NCBI GenBank assembly: GCA_012862495.1
Contig: BLSG01000291.1
Location: 25,509-70,018 of the forward strand
Length of the DNA stretch: 44,510 nucleotides
Direction of reading: 5' to 3'
Origin: Thraustochytrium aureum
Taxonomy: Eukaryota
Position 1 is the stretch's first letter. Each line of letters begins with the position of its first letter. A program made the translations under genes and the position numbers. The notes under the pieces were generated by a model. That model worked only from the letters and a program-made list of their open reading frames with translations, was not told where the DNA came from and ran no database searches. Positions 13,801 to 24,420 of the stretch are shown here, in pieces.

Positions 13801-15888
13801 TTCGACTTCGGGCCACTCGCATTTCAGCTGCGTGCCCCCAAACGCAGTGACGACAAACTTGGCGGAGGCCGGCCTAGTTTTGAGCAACTTTTCAATGTAG
13901 CTCTCGTCGTCGCCGCCAGCCTCGGGCAGGCTTGAGGAGCCGCCCGCCATGTCAAGGCCTTCCAGGTCGCCGTGGATCCCGCTCGCTACGTCCTGGCTGT
14001 CCTTTTCTGGGCTACTGCCGCTCCCTGCCGAGGCGGCGGAGCTCGCTCGCGCCTTGGGGTTGGGAGCCTTGTCCTTGGGCGCCTCCACGGGCTTGGCCTT
14101 TTTCGGTTTCGTGAAGACGGCCTCCCACCGGAGCTGCGCATCGCACGGCATCCAGGCGCGGATCGGTGGCAGCGAGTCGCTCGTGGGGGCCATCATAATC
14201 TTTAGGATGTAGACAATGTCGCGAAAGTAGCCGAGCTCGGGGAAGTCGTTGAGAATCTCGCGGCGCTCCCCGGTCAGGTACTGGGCGGCAATGAGCATCT
14301 GCGCCTGCGCCACGTTTGGCTGGGCAGCTGCTTTGGCCGGCGTTGCGCCGCTCTGCGCGGCGGAGGCCGCGGCCGCCGCAGTCTCGAGTCCGTAGAGTAC
14401 ACCTGGACGGGGGTAGCCGACCTGGAGGCAGAGCTGGTCCACAAAAAGCTCCTCGGCTGGGCCGCACATCATGCTACGCTCCCAGGAAAACAGAACGTGG
14501 GCCTCGTCCAATGTCTCCATCTGCTGGATAAAGTAGTCGAGCACTTGCGTCCGCACCAAGGTGAGCGCCGGGTCTGGGAGAAGGAACATGGCAGACTCGG
14601 CGGCAAACTGGCGCATCTCCACCCCAAAGGGGCGCACAGGGCCTGGCGTTGTCCCGCTGTAGTTCATCGCGAGCAGCGAAGGGATATCGCACGCCTCTTT
14701 GCGCATGACTGCGTCTGCGATGCAGGCGACGCAGGCCATGGTGAGGATCCGCGCCGAGTCGAACGAGCGCGTCACCTGCAACGAGAGTGCGGCGGTGCAA
14801 AAGTGCTGCGAAACNNNNNNNNNNNNNNNNNNNNNNNNNNNNNNNNNNNNNNNNNNNNNNNNNNNNNNNNNNNNNNNNNNNNNNNNNNNNNNNNNNNNNN
14901 NNNNNNNNNNNNNNNNNNNNNNNNNNNNNNNNNNNNNNNNNNNNNNNNNNNNNNNNNNNNNNNNNNNNNNNNNNNNNNNNNNNNNNNNNNNNNNNNNNNN
15001 NNNNNNNNNNNNNNNNNNNNNNNNNNNNNNNNNNNNNNNNNNNNNNNNAGCGGGAGCGGGAGCGGGTCACTCGCGTGAAAAGATGCTGGATCAGAGCCAC
15101 GCGCAAGCAGTACGAATTCTTGTAAGGTCGCGCTGATACGCCAAGAGGGTGCAGACGTTGCTGCAGTGGCGGAGCGCGTTGCCGACGTCGTTGAAGCTCT
15201 GAACTTGGTCCGCAACCAAAGTCAGCTGGACAGGGCGATAGATCGGGGTCTTGGCCGCAGTCCCCGCCAGCACCTCCACCGAATCGCTGTGGACGTGTCG
15301 CCCGAAGAGTGTCAGCTCGAGGCTGGATTGCTCAATCGCGCTTGACGACATTTGCAGCTCGGGTGGGAGCTGGGTTTGCGTCGGCTGTATCTTGTCTAGG
15401 GCCATCGTGATGTTGTTAATGGTGCGCTTCATTTCGAAGAGCTGCCCAACGGAGACGCCGCCCTGGCGGGCCCCAAGCCTGGCCTGCTTTGCAGCGGCGT
15501 GGGCGAGCTGCTTGCAGGCCGTGGCCACCAGCTGCCGCCCGCTTAGACCGAGCGAGTATTTTGCGGTCACGGCGAGGTCGGCCTGGATCATTTTTGTTAG
15601 GGTCCAGCGCAGCAGCAGGCCCATGTTTTTCGATTCTTGCGAGCTCATGCCCAAGAGTCGCAGTCCGCAATGGATGGCCTCCATCAGGCAACGCATTAGC
15701 GACACGTCGCCGCCTCGCGGGATCGTCCGAAAGGCCACGCGGTCGGAAGTGGGAGCGCCTTGTCCTGGCATGCTCGTGCCGGTGGGCCCAACGTCGCCCT
15801 CAGGGCCGAAGCGAAGCCCGCCCTCCGCAACGTCGCCGGCGGGGCCGCAGTGACCTTGCGGGCCACGTGGCATTTGGCGCATCATCAT

Positions 15889-15919
<31 letters not shown>

Positions 15920-18010
15920 GCGTTCAAGTGCGATTGACCTTGTTGGACAAACTGGCCGCTGCCCCCCCTCGCCATAGGCATGCCGGGCATCGCGCCAGGA
16001 ATATGCATGCCAGGCATCGTGCCCGGGATTTGGGCGCCCGGGATTCCCATGCCCGACATGCCGCCCCCAAGTGGTTGTTGCGGGTATGTGCTTTGCTGGG
16101 CCCCAGGCGGCATCGAGCCCATGACGGGCATTGCGCCCGGAATGAATCCAGAGCTTGCTTGCTGCTGCATGCTCATTCCCGGTTGTCCAGGCGGCCTTGG
16201 CATGGATGGCATGGAGTGGGCAAAGCCCGCACCTGCCATAGGATATGGCTGCTGCGGCTGCGGCTGCTGCTGCGGCGGCGGCGGTTGCTGCGGCATCAAC
16301 GGCTGTGACATAAAGTCAAAGCCCGAGCTTGCACTATGCTGTGTGTGCGAGTGCTGCGCAACAGATGCGGGCTGCTTTGCTCCGCCAGGGGGGCGCAGCA
16401 ACGGCGCCGCGGTAGACGTCGGTTTCGGAGCTGGAGGAACCAAGGCCGGCACCGGTTTGGACGGCACGCCAAAGATCGCGAAGGGGTCGTCGTCGTCCTC
16501 GCTTTGCTTGGCAGGCACAAGTGGCGCCTGCGGGGCCGGCGCGGGCTTGAGAAGCGGCGTGGGCGCAATGGGCGCAGCCGGAACTTCTCCGCCCAGCGCT
16601 TGCGGCGCTACGGGTTGCCTCTTTTGCTGCGGGGGCTGTCGCAGCTTTGGCGCTGCCTTCAAGGGCAGCGCTGCGCCTGATTTTGGTGCGCGCGCTGAGC
16701 GCTCAGGGAGCTTGTTAAACGAGTCGAGCCCGCCAAAAAGACTGCCTGGCTCTGCAGCCGTGTTTGGCGATGCTCTATGCGACGACACGGCAGGTGCGGG
16801 CTGGCCGGTCCCTGGCCCCTTTCCCAGGAGTGCCTCCAAACCCTGGCTTGTAGAAGCCTGCTTAGGGGCGCTGAGCGTGCGCGGCGGCGCAAGAGTGGAC
16901 AGCGCAGATTTTGTGGGCTGGTTTGCCGGCTCGTCGAACGCCGGCCAGTCTGCAAAGTCGTCGTTTGCTGCGGCCTGGGTCTTTGGCGCCGGGCTGGCAA
17001 AGTCAGCGAACGGGTCTTCGCCAACTACGGCCACGCCCTTCGCTGGGGAAAAGATTGCGTTGGGCCCTGGCGCTGCGCTAACAGGCGCCGAAGGGCTTGA
17101 CGCGAAGAAGTCTGCAAAGTCGTCCTCGGCCGAAGAGGACGCGGTCGGCGCGGCCACGGCCGTCCGCGCTGCCGCCTCGAACGGGTTTGCGGCCTCGGAC
17201 CCAGGCGCGCCCCCGTGGAAGGAGGGCACCTCAAGGACGGGGGGTGGTTGCGGGCTGGCCTTGCGATGGGTTTGCGGCGTCCACAATCCCATTGGAATAC
17301 AGTGGGCGCTCGTTGAGGTACGGAAGTAGCACCTCGTAGAGAAAGGCCGGGCCGTTGGTCTTGGCCGGGTACGCCAGGGGTCGAAACAGCATGTACCAGA
17401 ACGAGCTGTCCGCGAGGCGGTAGAGCGGGATGTCATCGAATACGAACGACAGGTTGCGCTTGAGCTTTGGCGGCGAAGTCTCTGCGCGAGCGAAGTGGTA
17501 CTGCAGGCCGTCGCCCGTGTTTGAGATCGCAAAGGTAAAGCTACGCTCCCGGCGCACAAGCACGTAGAGGAGCGCGTGGCCGCCCTTTTCGGAGATGCGC
17601 CAGCCCCCTGGCGAGAAGAGCACCTCGCCGACGCGAAGCGAGTTGACCTTCATGACAAACACGTTGAGGAAGTCGAGAAACTGCCCAGCGCGCTTGCTGC
17701 CCGTGTGATCGTCTTTTACTGCCGACAGTGGCAGCCGTGCTCCGATCTGTGCGCAGTCCGAGATCGCCCGTTGCAAGAGCGCAACTGCCCGCGTCAGCCG
17801 TTGGTTGCCGTCCAGGGCTTTCTCGCTCAAGAGCCTCCCGAGTCCATCGGACAGCAGCTGGATGGACGCAGCCATGCAGTGAAACGGCCCCGCGGGGGCT
17901 TCTTTCAGCCTGGTGGGTCCATCCAAGAACGGGTCTGCGAACACGTCCGCCACAGAAAAATGCTCCCAAATCGCTTTCCCGCCGAACGTGTACGGCGTCG
18001 CATTCGCCAT
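1855..18010 (-). CDS. Giant (~5,300 aa) DUF3638/DUF3645-family protein with SF2-like P-loop ATPase core, EF-hands and Vps62-like C-terminus; broken by ~10 frameshifts and 2 gaps
   Basis: Abutting or overlapping minus-strand ORFs (17231-18010, 15091-17559, 11278-14781, 8644-11253, 5595-8576, 3481-5721, 1487-3484, 1855-2208) join by 1-2 nt shifts. Motifs: QMLMGAGKTTVV, LILDEVDLILHP, RLLAVPFVGKDVPS..AEFAHPDVVIGL, GFSGTP, FFDQIHTTGMDIK, QGAFRMRG, (EQ)n, DAFRAFDSDGNGQIG, PPSRDFVSIGHICT...AVRCAPRHWV. Confidence 0.8.
4255..4345 (-). repeat. Coding (Glu-Gln)n dipeptide repeat
   Basis: (tcctgc/tcttgt)n on the + strand encodes EQVQEQEQEQEQEQEQEQEQEQEQENEQE. Confidence 0.9.
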
Positions 18011-18416
18011 CTCCGCCCGCCTGCGCGCCTTCCGCGCCTTCTCGTCCTCGCCAACCTGCCGCGCCTGCTCCCGCCGCGCTCCACAGGCACCGTTGCGGCT
18101 CTGCCCGCGCCCGCCCGCAACCAGCCCGAGAAGAAAATCCTCCTGTTATCCTCCAAAAAGCACCTCTGCCAGGGAAAAGGCAAAAAGATACAGCGACATA
18201 GTCGCGCAGGATGATGTCGGGGACCTCCAGGCGCCCGCTCTGGCCTGCCCTGCGGCGCCGACCGCGCAGCCCGGTCGGTTTGCAGGCGCTCAGGAGTGCT
18301 CTATTCTAGCCAGTCTGCAGGAGAACCGTGGCCGCAGGCCTGTCGGCTTGGGCTCAAGTGGCGCGTGCTCGAGCGCTCGACCAACTCGCTAGTTACGAGG
18401 TTGCCGCAGTCACCAA

Positions 18417-19033
18417 ATGATCGTCGGCGGCGCTCGCGGCCTCGGCGGAAGGGTTTCGCGAGGGTGTCGAGGACGGTGGGCAGCGTGGGGGCTTTTGGTG
18501 TGGACGATCGCTGCGCTGATGGTGAGTGGCGAAGAGCGCGAGTGCGCGGACGCGGGAAGAACGATGAAGATGCTGGACGTGGTCAAGGGCATCGTGCCCG
18601 AGCTGCGCAAGGGGCTACACAAGGGGCAGGCGGGACGCGTGGCGGTTGTGGGAGGTTCGTTCGAGTACACTGGAGCGCCGTATTATGCGTCGATCTCGTC
18701 GCTCAAGGCGGGCGGGGACCTGGCCTTTGTGGTCTGCTCCGAGGCGGCGGCAGTGCCGATCAAGTCGTACAGCCCCGAAATTATCGTGCTTCCTGCGCTG
18801 GACAACAAAAATAAGATCAAGGCGGAAGAGCTCTTGCCACGACTGCACGCGCTGGTGATCGGGCCCGGCCTGGGCCGCGATGCGGAGGCGCTGAGTGTCA
18901 CCGAGAGCCTCGTCCAGATGGCCAAAGACCAAAACCTGCCGCTCGTCCTCGACGGGGACGCGCTGTTCCTGCTCAACCGAAAACCCGAGCTTGTGCAAGG
19001 ATACCCTCGAGCGCTTCTGACTCCAAACGTTGT
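18417..19033 (+). CDS. NAXD: ATP-dependent (S)-NAD(P)H-hydrate dehydratase (NAXD/CARKD, YjeF_C); 3' part lies in the gap
   Basis: HKGQAGRVAVVGGSFEYTGAPYYA, AAVPIKSYSPEIIVLP, LHALVIGPGLGR, PLVLDGDALF, ALLTPN. The core starts at ATG 18563, with an in-frame upstream ATG at 18417. Confidence 0.92.
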
Positions 19034-19955
19034 NNNNNNNNNNNNNNNNNNNNNNNNNNNNNNNNNNNNNNNNNNNNNNNNNNNNNNNNNNNNNNNNNNN
19101 NNNNNNNNNNNNNNNNNNNNNNNNNNNNNNNNNNNNNNNNNNNNNNNNNNNNNNNNNNNNNNNNNNNNNNNNNNNNNNNNNNNNNNNNNNNNNNNNNNNN
19201 NNNNNNNNNNNNNNNNNNNNNNNNNNNNNNNNNNNNNNNNNNNNNNNNNNNNNNNNNNNNNNNNNNNNNNNNNNNNNNNNNNNNNNNNNNNNNNNNNNNN
19301 NNNNNNNNNNNNNNNNNNNNNNNNNNNNNNNNNNNNNNNNNNNNNNNNNNNNNNNNNNNNNNNNNNNNNNNNNNNNNNNNNNNNNNNNNNNNNNNNNNNN
19401 NNNNNNNNNNNNNNNNNNNNNNNNNNNNNNNNNNNNNNNNNNNNNNNNNNNNNNNNNNNNNNNNNNNNNNNNNNNNNNNNNNNNNNNNNNNNNNNNNNNN
19501 NNNNNNNNNNNNNNNNNNNNNNNNNNNNNNNNNNNNNNNNNNNNNNNNNNNNNNNNNNNNNNNNNNNNNNNNNNNNNNNNNNNNNNNNNNNNNNNNNNNN
19601 NNNNNNNNNNNNNNNNNNNNNNNNNNNNNNNNNNNNNNNNNNNNNNNNNNNNNNNNNNNNNNNNNNNNNNNNNNNNGTAAACACATCCCAAGCCTTTTGA
19701 AGCCGTCGCCCAACTTACCGGGACGACATGGCGCGGCCGCACAGCGTCCAAAGAGGACAGCCTCCTGCCGCTGCTCTAAGGAGCTAGCCTCGCGAGGTAG
19801 CTCTCGCTGGCGGCGTGCACAAACAGAGCTCCGCCCGAAGATTGATAGGCCAACCTCCTGTCTGTGTCCGGGAAATCCAGCGCGTCCGAGGATAAACCGC
19901 TGTAGAGCCGGTCACGCTCTGCCGTGGCAGGGTACTAGCTAGTAAGTACACGATC

Positions 19956-20248
19956 GTGCACAGCTCCAGCAGAGCACCAAACCCACCGCAGCACCGCACA
20001 GCACAGCCAGCAGAGCACCAAACCCACCGCAGCACAGCACAGCACAGCAGCAGAGCACGGCACGGCACAGCACGGCACAGCACAGCAGCAGAGCACGGCA
20101 CGGCGCAGCACAGCAGCAGAGCACGGCACGGCACAGCACGGCACAGCACAGCACAGCACAGCACAGCAGACCAAGCAGAGCACAACAAGCTCAGCTCAGC
20201 GCAGCGCAGCAGCACAGCAGCGCAGCAGCACAGCAGCACAGCAGCACA
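19956..20248. repeat. Degenerate pentamer satellite (GCACA/GCACG/CAGCA)n
   Basis: About 290 bp of cagca/cggca units, ending ~12 nt before the LRR gene ATG. Confidence 0.9.
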
Positions 20249-20259
20249 CCTCGGGAGAC

Positions 20260-23200
20260 ATGCGTGCGGAAGGCATTACTGCGATCCTTGCCCTGGTGAA
20301 GGGCGGCGAGTCCTCCATTGAGTGAGTTTTCCAACTGCTTGACCAGGTCGCTTTTCTCCCAACGGGACGCTGACCATCTTCTATGACAGTGGAAGCGACA
20401 AAAGCTGGGGCCGCAGCAATTCCATACGCGACAAAGGTGCTGTCGCCCTGGCCGAGGCTCTCAAGAGCAACGTGACAGTTTGTCAGCTTACGTACGTTGG
20501 TTCGGGCTTCGCAAATCCGCATGCATTCGGTCTTTGTCTAACCTGACGAATTGATTTGGAACAGTCTGTCTTCGAACGAAATAGGCGACAACGGGTCGTG
20601 TGCGCTGGCCAGGTTGCTTGAGACCAACACGAGGCTGACCTCTCTCGTGTATGTGGTAAATTTAGGCCGCTGGCTGAGGGCTCGAAAACGCACTTGGTTA
20701 CTTGCGCATGGCCGAGTTTCGCTAACCAACAGCATCGCGCAGCCTCAGCAAAAATGAGATTGGGGACGAGGGTTGCACTGCGCTGGCCAGGATGCTCGAA
20801 GGCAACTCGACGTTGACCAAACTGGAGTAAGTCACATGAGCGTGCTATGCGCTTACGTAAGTTGCAACACTGACGCCGTCGCTTGATCTCGCGACAACCA
20901 ACAGCATTGGTGGCAACATGATCAGCGACGCAGGCGCTGGCGCGCTGGCCACTGCGCTCAAGAGCAACTCGACGTTGGTAGAGCTGAGGTAAGTCNNNNN
21001 NNNNNNNNNNNNNNNNNNNNNNNNNNNNNNNNNNNNNNNNNNNNNNNNNGGGCTTCCCGTGCTCCGGGCTTCCCGTGCTTGTGAAGTAGAGACGTGTGCG
21101 TGCTGGGACTGCAGTAGCTGACGCAAGCAACAAACGAGATTGGCAACAGCCTACCTGACAACATTATCGGCGACGCTGGGCTTTGCGCCCTTGCCACGTG
21201 GTTTGGCTGTAGGTCGACCCAGACCACGTTGGAGTAAGTCAAGCGTGTTTGTCGCCAATGCTACACCCAACCGTGTGTAGGTATGCAACGCGTTGTGCAC
21301 GCACTGACATCTTCGAACAGTCTCGCGGAAAACAGAATCTGTAACGAAGGGGCCTGTGCGTTGGCCAAGGCGCTTGAAGGAAATTCGACACTGACAAGGT
21401 TGGAGTAAGTCATCCCAGGTCCTGTGTGGACTGGCCTCGACCGAGTCTTCGTTGCTGACTTGGGGGCAATCGTCAACTCGACTTAGCCTCCAAATGAATA
21501 TGATCGGCGACTCGGGTGCTTGTGCGCTTGCGAAGGCGTTTGCGAACAACGAAACCTTGGTCATGCTGTGGTAAGTTTAAAAAAGTTCCTGCACAGCCAA
21601 GAACGGTCTAGGTCAACAAGCCGTGTGGATTGCGCTCAACGACTTACTGAATCGATCTGGCACGCAGTCTCCAGGACAACAGGATCCGCAACACTGGTTT
21701 GCGCGATTTGGTCGCGTGGTTTGCGAGCAGGTCAACGCGGACCCTGTTATTGTATGTTTTTGCAGTCGCTCCTCTGCACTGGAGCTCGCTCGTCTCGACT
21801 GTTCTGGCGGGTTGCAGTGCTCGACTGTTCTCGCTAACCTAGCAAGCGTGCACAGTCTTTCCGACAACAAACTCGACAATCTGCTGGGGTGATGCGACAT
21901 GTTTCTCTCTCCAGTTTTGAAGCCGGCGAATCGCGGTTGGAGTAAGTCGCTGGACATTTTGCTGGCCGGCGCAAACGTGAAGCGTTCAAACGTGGCCGAA
22001 TCCACTGACCGGGAGCTTGAGTTGTGCCGCTAGTCTGCGGTGCAACGCGATTGGCGACGCTGCGATTACTGCAATGGGACCCTGCCTTGCGTCCAAGTCG
22101 AACATGTTCTCGCTGGTGTATGTCCCCGCCAGCCAGCTCTAGCAGCACCCAAAACTTGCCAACTGACCGCTGACCAATCGCATGCGATCGCAGGCTTTCT
22201 GACAACGAGATCGGCGACGCAGGGGCTCTCGCGCTTGGCGCGGCGCTCTGTACCTGCTCGACGGTGAGCAGCTTGTTGTAAGTCGCAGCTTATGCTTGCG
22301 AGGAAGCTGGCATGATGTGTTCGGATACAGCTGACCAACGCCAACGTACAAACCAAACTAGTCTCAGAGCCAACGCGATTGGCGACGCAGGCATTCGCTC
22401 CCTTTCCACATGGATAGGCACCAGGATGACACAGACCAACTTAAAGTACGTCATTGCAAAACCTTTTCGCGCGACACACGCGCGCAGTTTTTTTGCCGTC
22501 TCTACCAAGGCCGAGCAAGCTCGCTGACATTAACGGCTGTTCGCACTAACAGTCTTTCCAAGAACAAGATCGGCTCAGGAGCTGTCGCCTTGGCCGAGGC
22601 GCTTCTCGGCAACTCAACGTTAACTGAACTTGTGTAAGTCTTCGCAACGAGTCAGTATGCGCGGCAGGCGGCGCAGTCTGATACGATTGGTGGAGAGATC
22701 CAGTGCACTAGCTGCGCTTGTGCGAAGGTCGTCGTCTGACAGCGTGGCGCGACTACCAACAACAACAGGCTGAGCGACAACGCGATCGACAGCACAGGCG
22801 CTGCTGCGTTGGGCAAGGCGCTCGAGGGCAACTCGACCTTGCGCCAACTTGAGTAAGTCGTGTGGTTCCGCGCACGGCGGCACAGTTCGCTTCGCGAGGA
22901 TGGTTGACGTTGCCGCGGTTCTCAAATTGCAGCCGTTGTGCTTGTAGGTGACTGTCACTCTTTTACTGACAATCTAAACCCATGAAGTCTATCTCGCAAC
23001 GAGATCGGCGACGCAGGTGCTNNNNNNNNNNNNNNNNNNNNNNNNNNNNNNNNNNNNNNNNNNNNNNNNNNNNNNNNNNNNNNNNNNNNNNNNNNNNNNN
23101 NNNNNNNNNNNNNNNNNNNNNNNNNNNNNNNNNNNNNNNNNNNNNNNNNNNNNNNNNNNNNNNNNNNNNNNNNNNNNNNNNNNNNNNNNNNNNNNNNNNN

Positions 23201-23830
23201 NNNNNNNNNNNNNNNNNNNNNNNNNNNNNNNNNNNNNNNNNNNNNNNNNNNNNNNNNNNNNNNNNNNNNNNNNNNNNNNNNNNNNNNNNNNNNNNNNNNN
23301 NNNNNNNNNNNNNNNNNNNNNNNNNNNNNNNNNNNNNNNNNNNNNNNNNNNNNNNNNNNNNNNNNNNNNNNNNNNNNNNNNNNNNNNNNNNNNNNNNNNN
23401 NNNNNNNNNNNNNNNNNNNNNNNNNNNNNNNNNNNNNNNNNNNNNNNNNNNNNNNNNNNNNNNNNNNNNNNNNNNNNNNNNNNNNNNNNNNNNNNNNNNN
23501 NNNNNNNNNNNNNNNNNNNNNNNNNNNNNNNNNNNNNNNNNNNNNNNNNNNNNNNNNNNNNNNNNNNNNNNNNNNNNNNNNNNNNNNNNNNNNNNNNNNN
23601 NNNNNNNNNNNNNNNNNNNNNNNNNNNNNNNNNNNNNNCGTATCTGCAGTAAGTTGGTGCAAGTGTTTGGTTGAGAGGATGGGCGTAACGTCACGCTGAC
23701 AATCGTGCTTCAAAAACTTTGGCTCAATTCTGAAACTCGGAGCAGCCTTGAAGACAACCGCATCTCTTTCGTCACGCGCTGGGTTTTCGGGTTCTTTGCG
23801 CCTCTGAACCAGAAAGCAATTCATTTGTAG
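20260..23830 (+). CDS. LRR-only protein (ribonuclease-inhibitor-like/NLRC3-type 28-aa LRRs), one repeat per exon
   Basis: Exons 20260-20321, 20390-20491, 20565-20648, 20743-20826, 20905-20988, 21150-21233, 21321-21404, 21487-21570, 21668-21751, 21856-21941 (86 nt, disrupted), 22034-22117, 22194-22277, 22362-22445, 22553-22633 (81 nt), 22769-22852, 22988-gap, gap-23648, 23746-23830 (TAG). All visible introns are GT-AG, phase 2. Repeats follow LxxNxIGDxGAxALAxALxxNSTLxxLx. Confidence 0.88.
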
Positions 23831-24420
23831 CCAGAGCTGGAACAATCAGATTCAGTTAGATGCGTTTCAGATGCGTTTCAGAGCGCTTTGCCCTCGGTTT
23901 GTGAGCTTTGAAACGCGCTCCTGGCAACTTCCCCAGGCTGCGTTCTTGCGCTCTGTCTGCGGCGTTTTGCACTTGGTGCTGGTTGCCAAGGCAACGCACC
24001 GCTACGGCAGACCCCTTGCTTATCTTCACAGACGTTCGTCCAGGCCAATTTTGGGCAACTCTGCCTCGCCCCGAGCGAGGAGAAGTGCCGCTTGGATCAG
24101 TTGCCCAATCCCCGGCGAGAAAGCCTCGGCGAAAGCAACGCAACTGGGCAAATTTCTTCGTGGCCAACTTGACTACTTTGGAGAGGCAGGTGCGACAAGG
24201 CGCGCTGTGCCCCAAGCCATGCCAACCTCCACCGCAGCTTTTGGTGCCAAGCATCCAGACTTTCCATCGCCGCATTGGGGCGTCGCAACACGGGCTGAGT
24301 TTGACTGGTTGACTTTTAACCTCGCTTGATCAAGAGCTCTAGCTAGAGAGCTCTCCTGGAGAGCGTAGAGCTTTAGAAGTAGCTACTAGCTAGATTGAGC
24401 GCGGGCTCGGCACGATGCAG

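Noticed and set aside
17260..17284. Possible 25-nt GT-AG micro-intron that would fix the frame
   Set aside because: Donor GTGGAC does not match the GTRAGT/GTAYGT consensus, there is no branch point, and the other frameshifts have no equivalent intron.
15980..17329. 449-aa Gly/Cys/Ala-rich plus-strand ORF
   Set aside because: Complement of the Pro/Gln-rich region of the giant gene.
19034..19676. Long ORFs spanning N runs (here and at other gaps)
   Set aside because: Artefacts of translating assembly gaps.
19784..20239. Cys-rich ORFs (LCCAV repeats)
   Set aside because: Translations of the pentamer satellite.
20565..22990. CRISPR-like periodicity (recurring GAGTAAGTC at 160-220 bp spacing)
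   Set aside because: These are splice donors of LRR exons, not direct repeats with spacers.
23856..24329. Overlapping short ORFs and small repeats (11-bp direct repeat ~23859, 10-bp inverted repeat 24051/24099)
   Set aside because: No recognisable protein or transposon ends; consistent with intergenic or UTR sequence.
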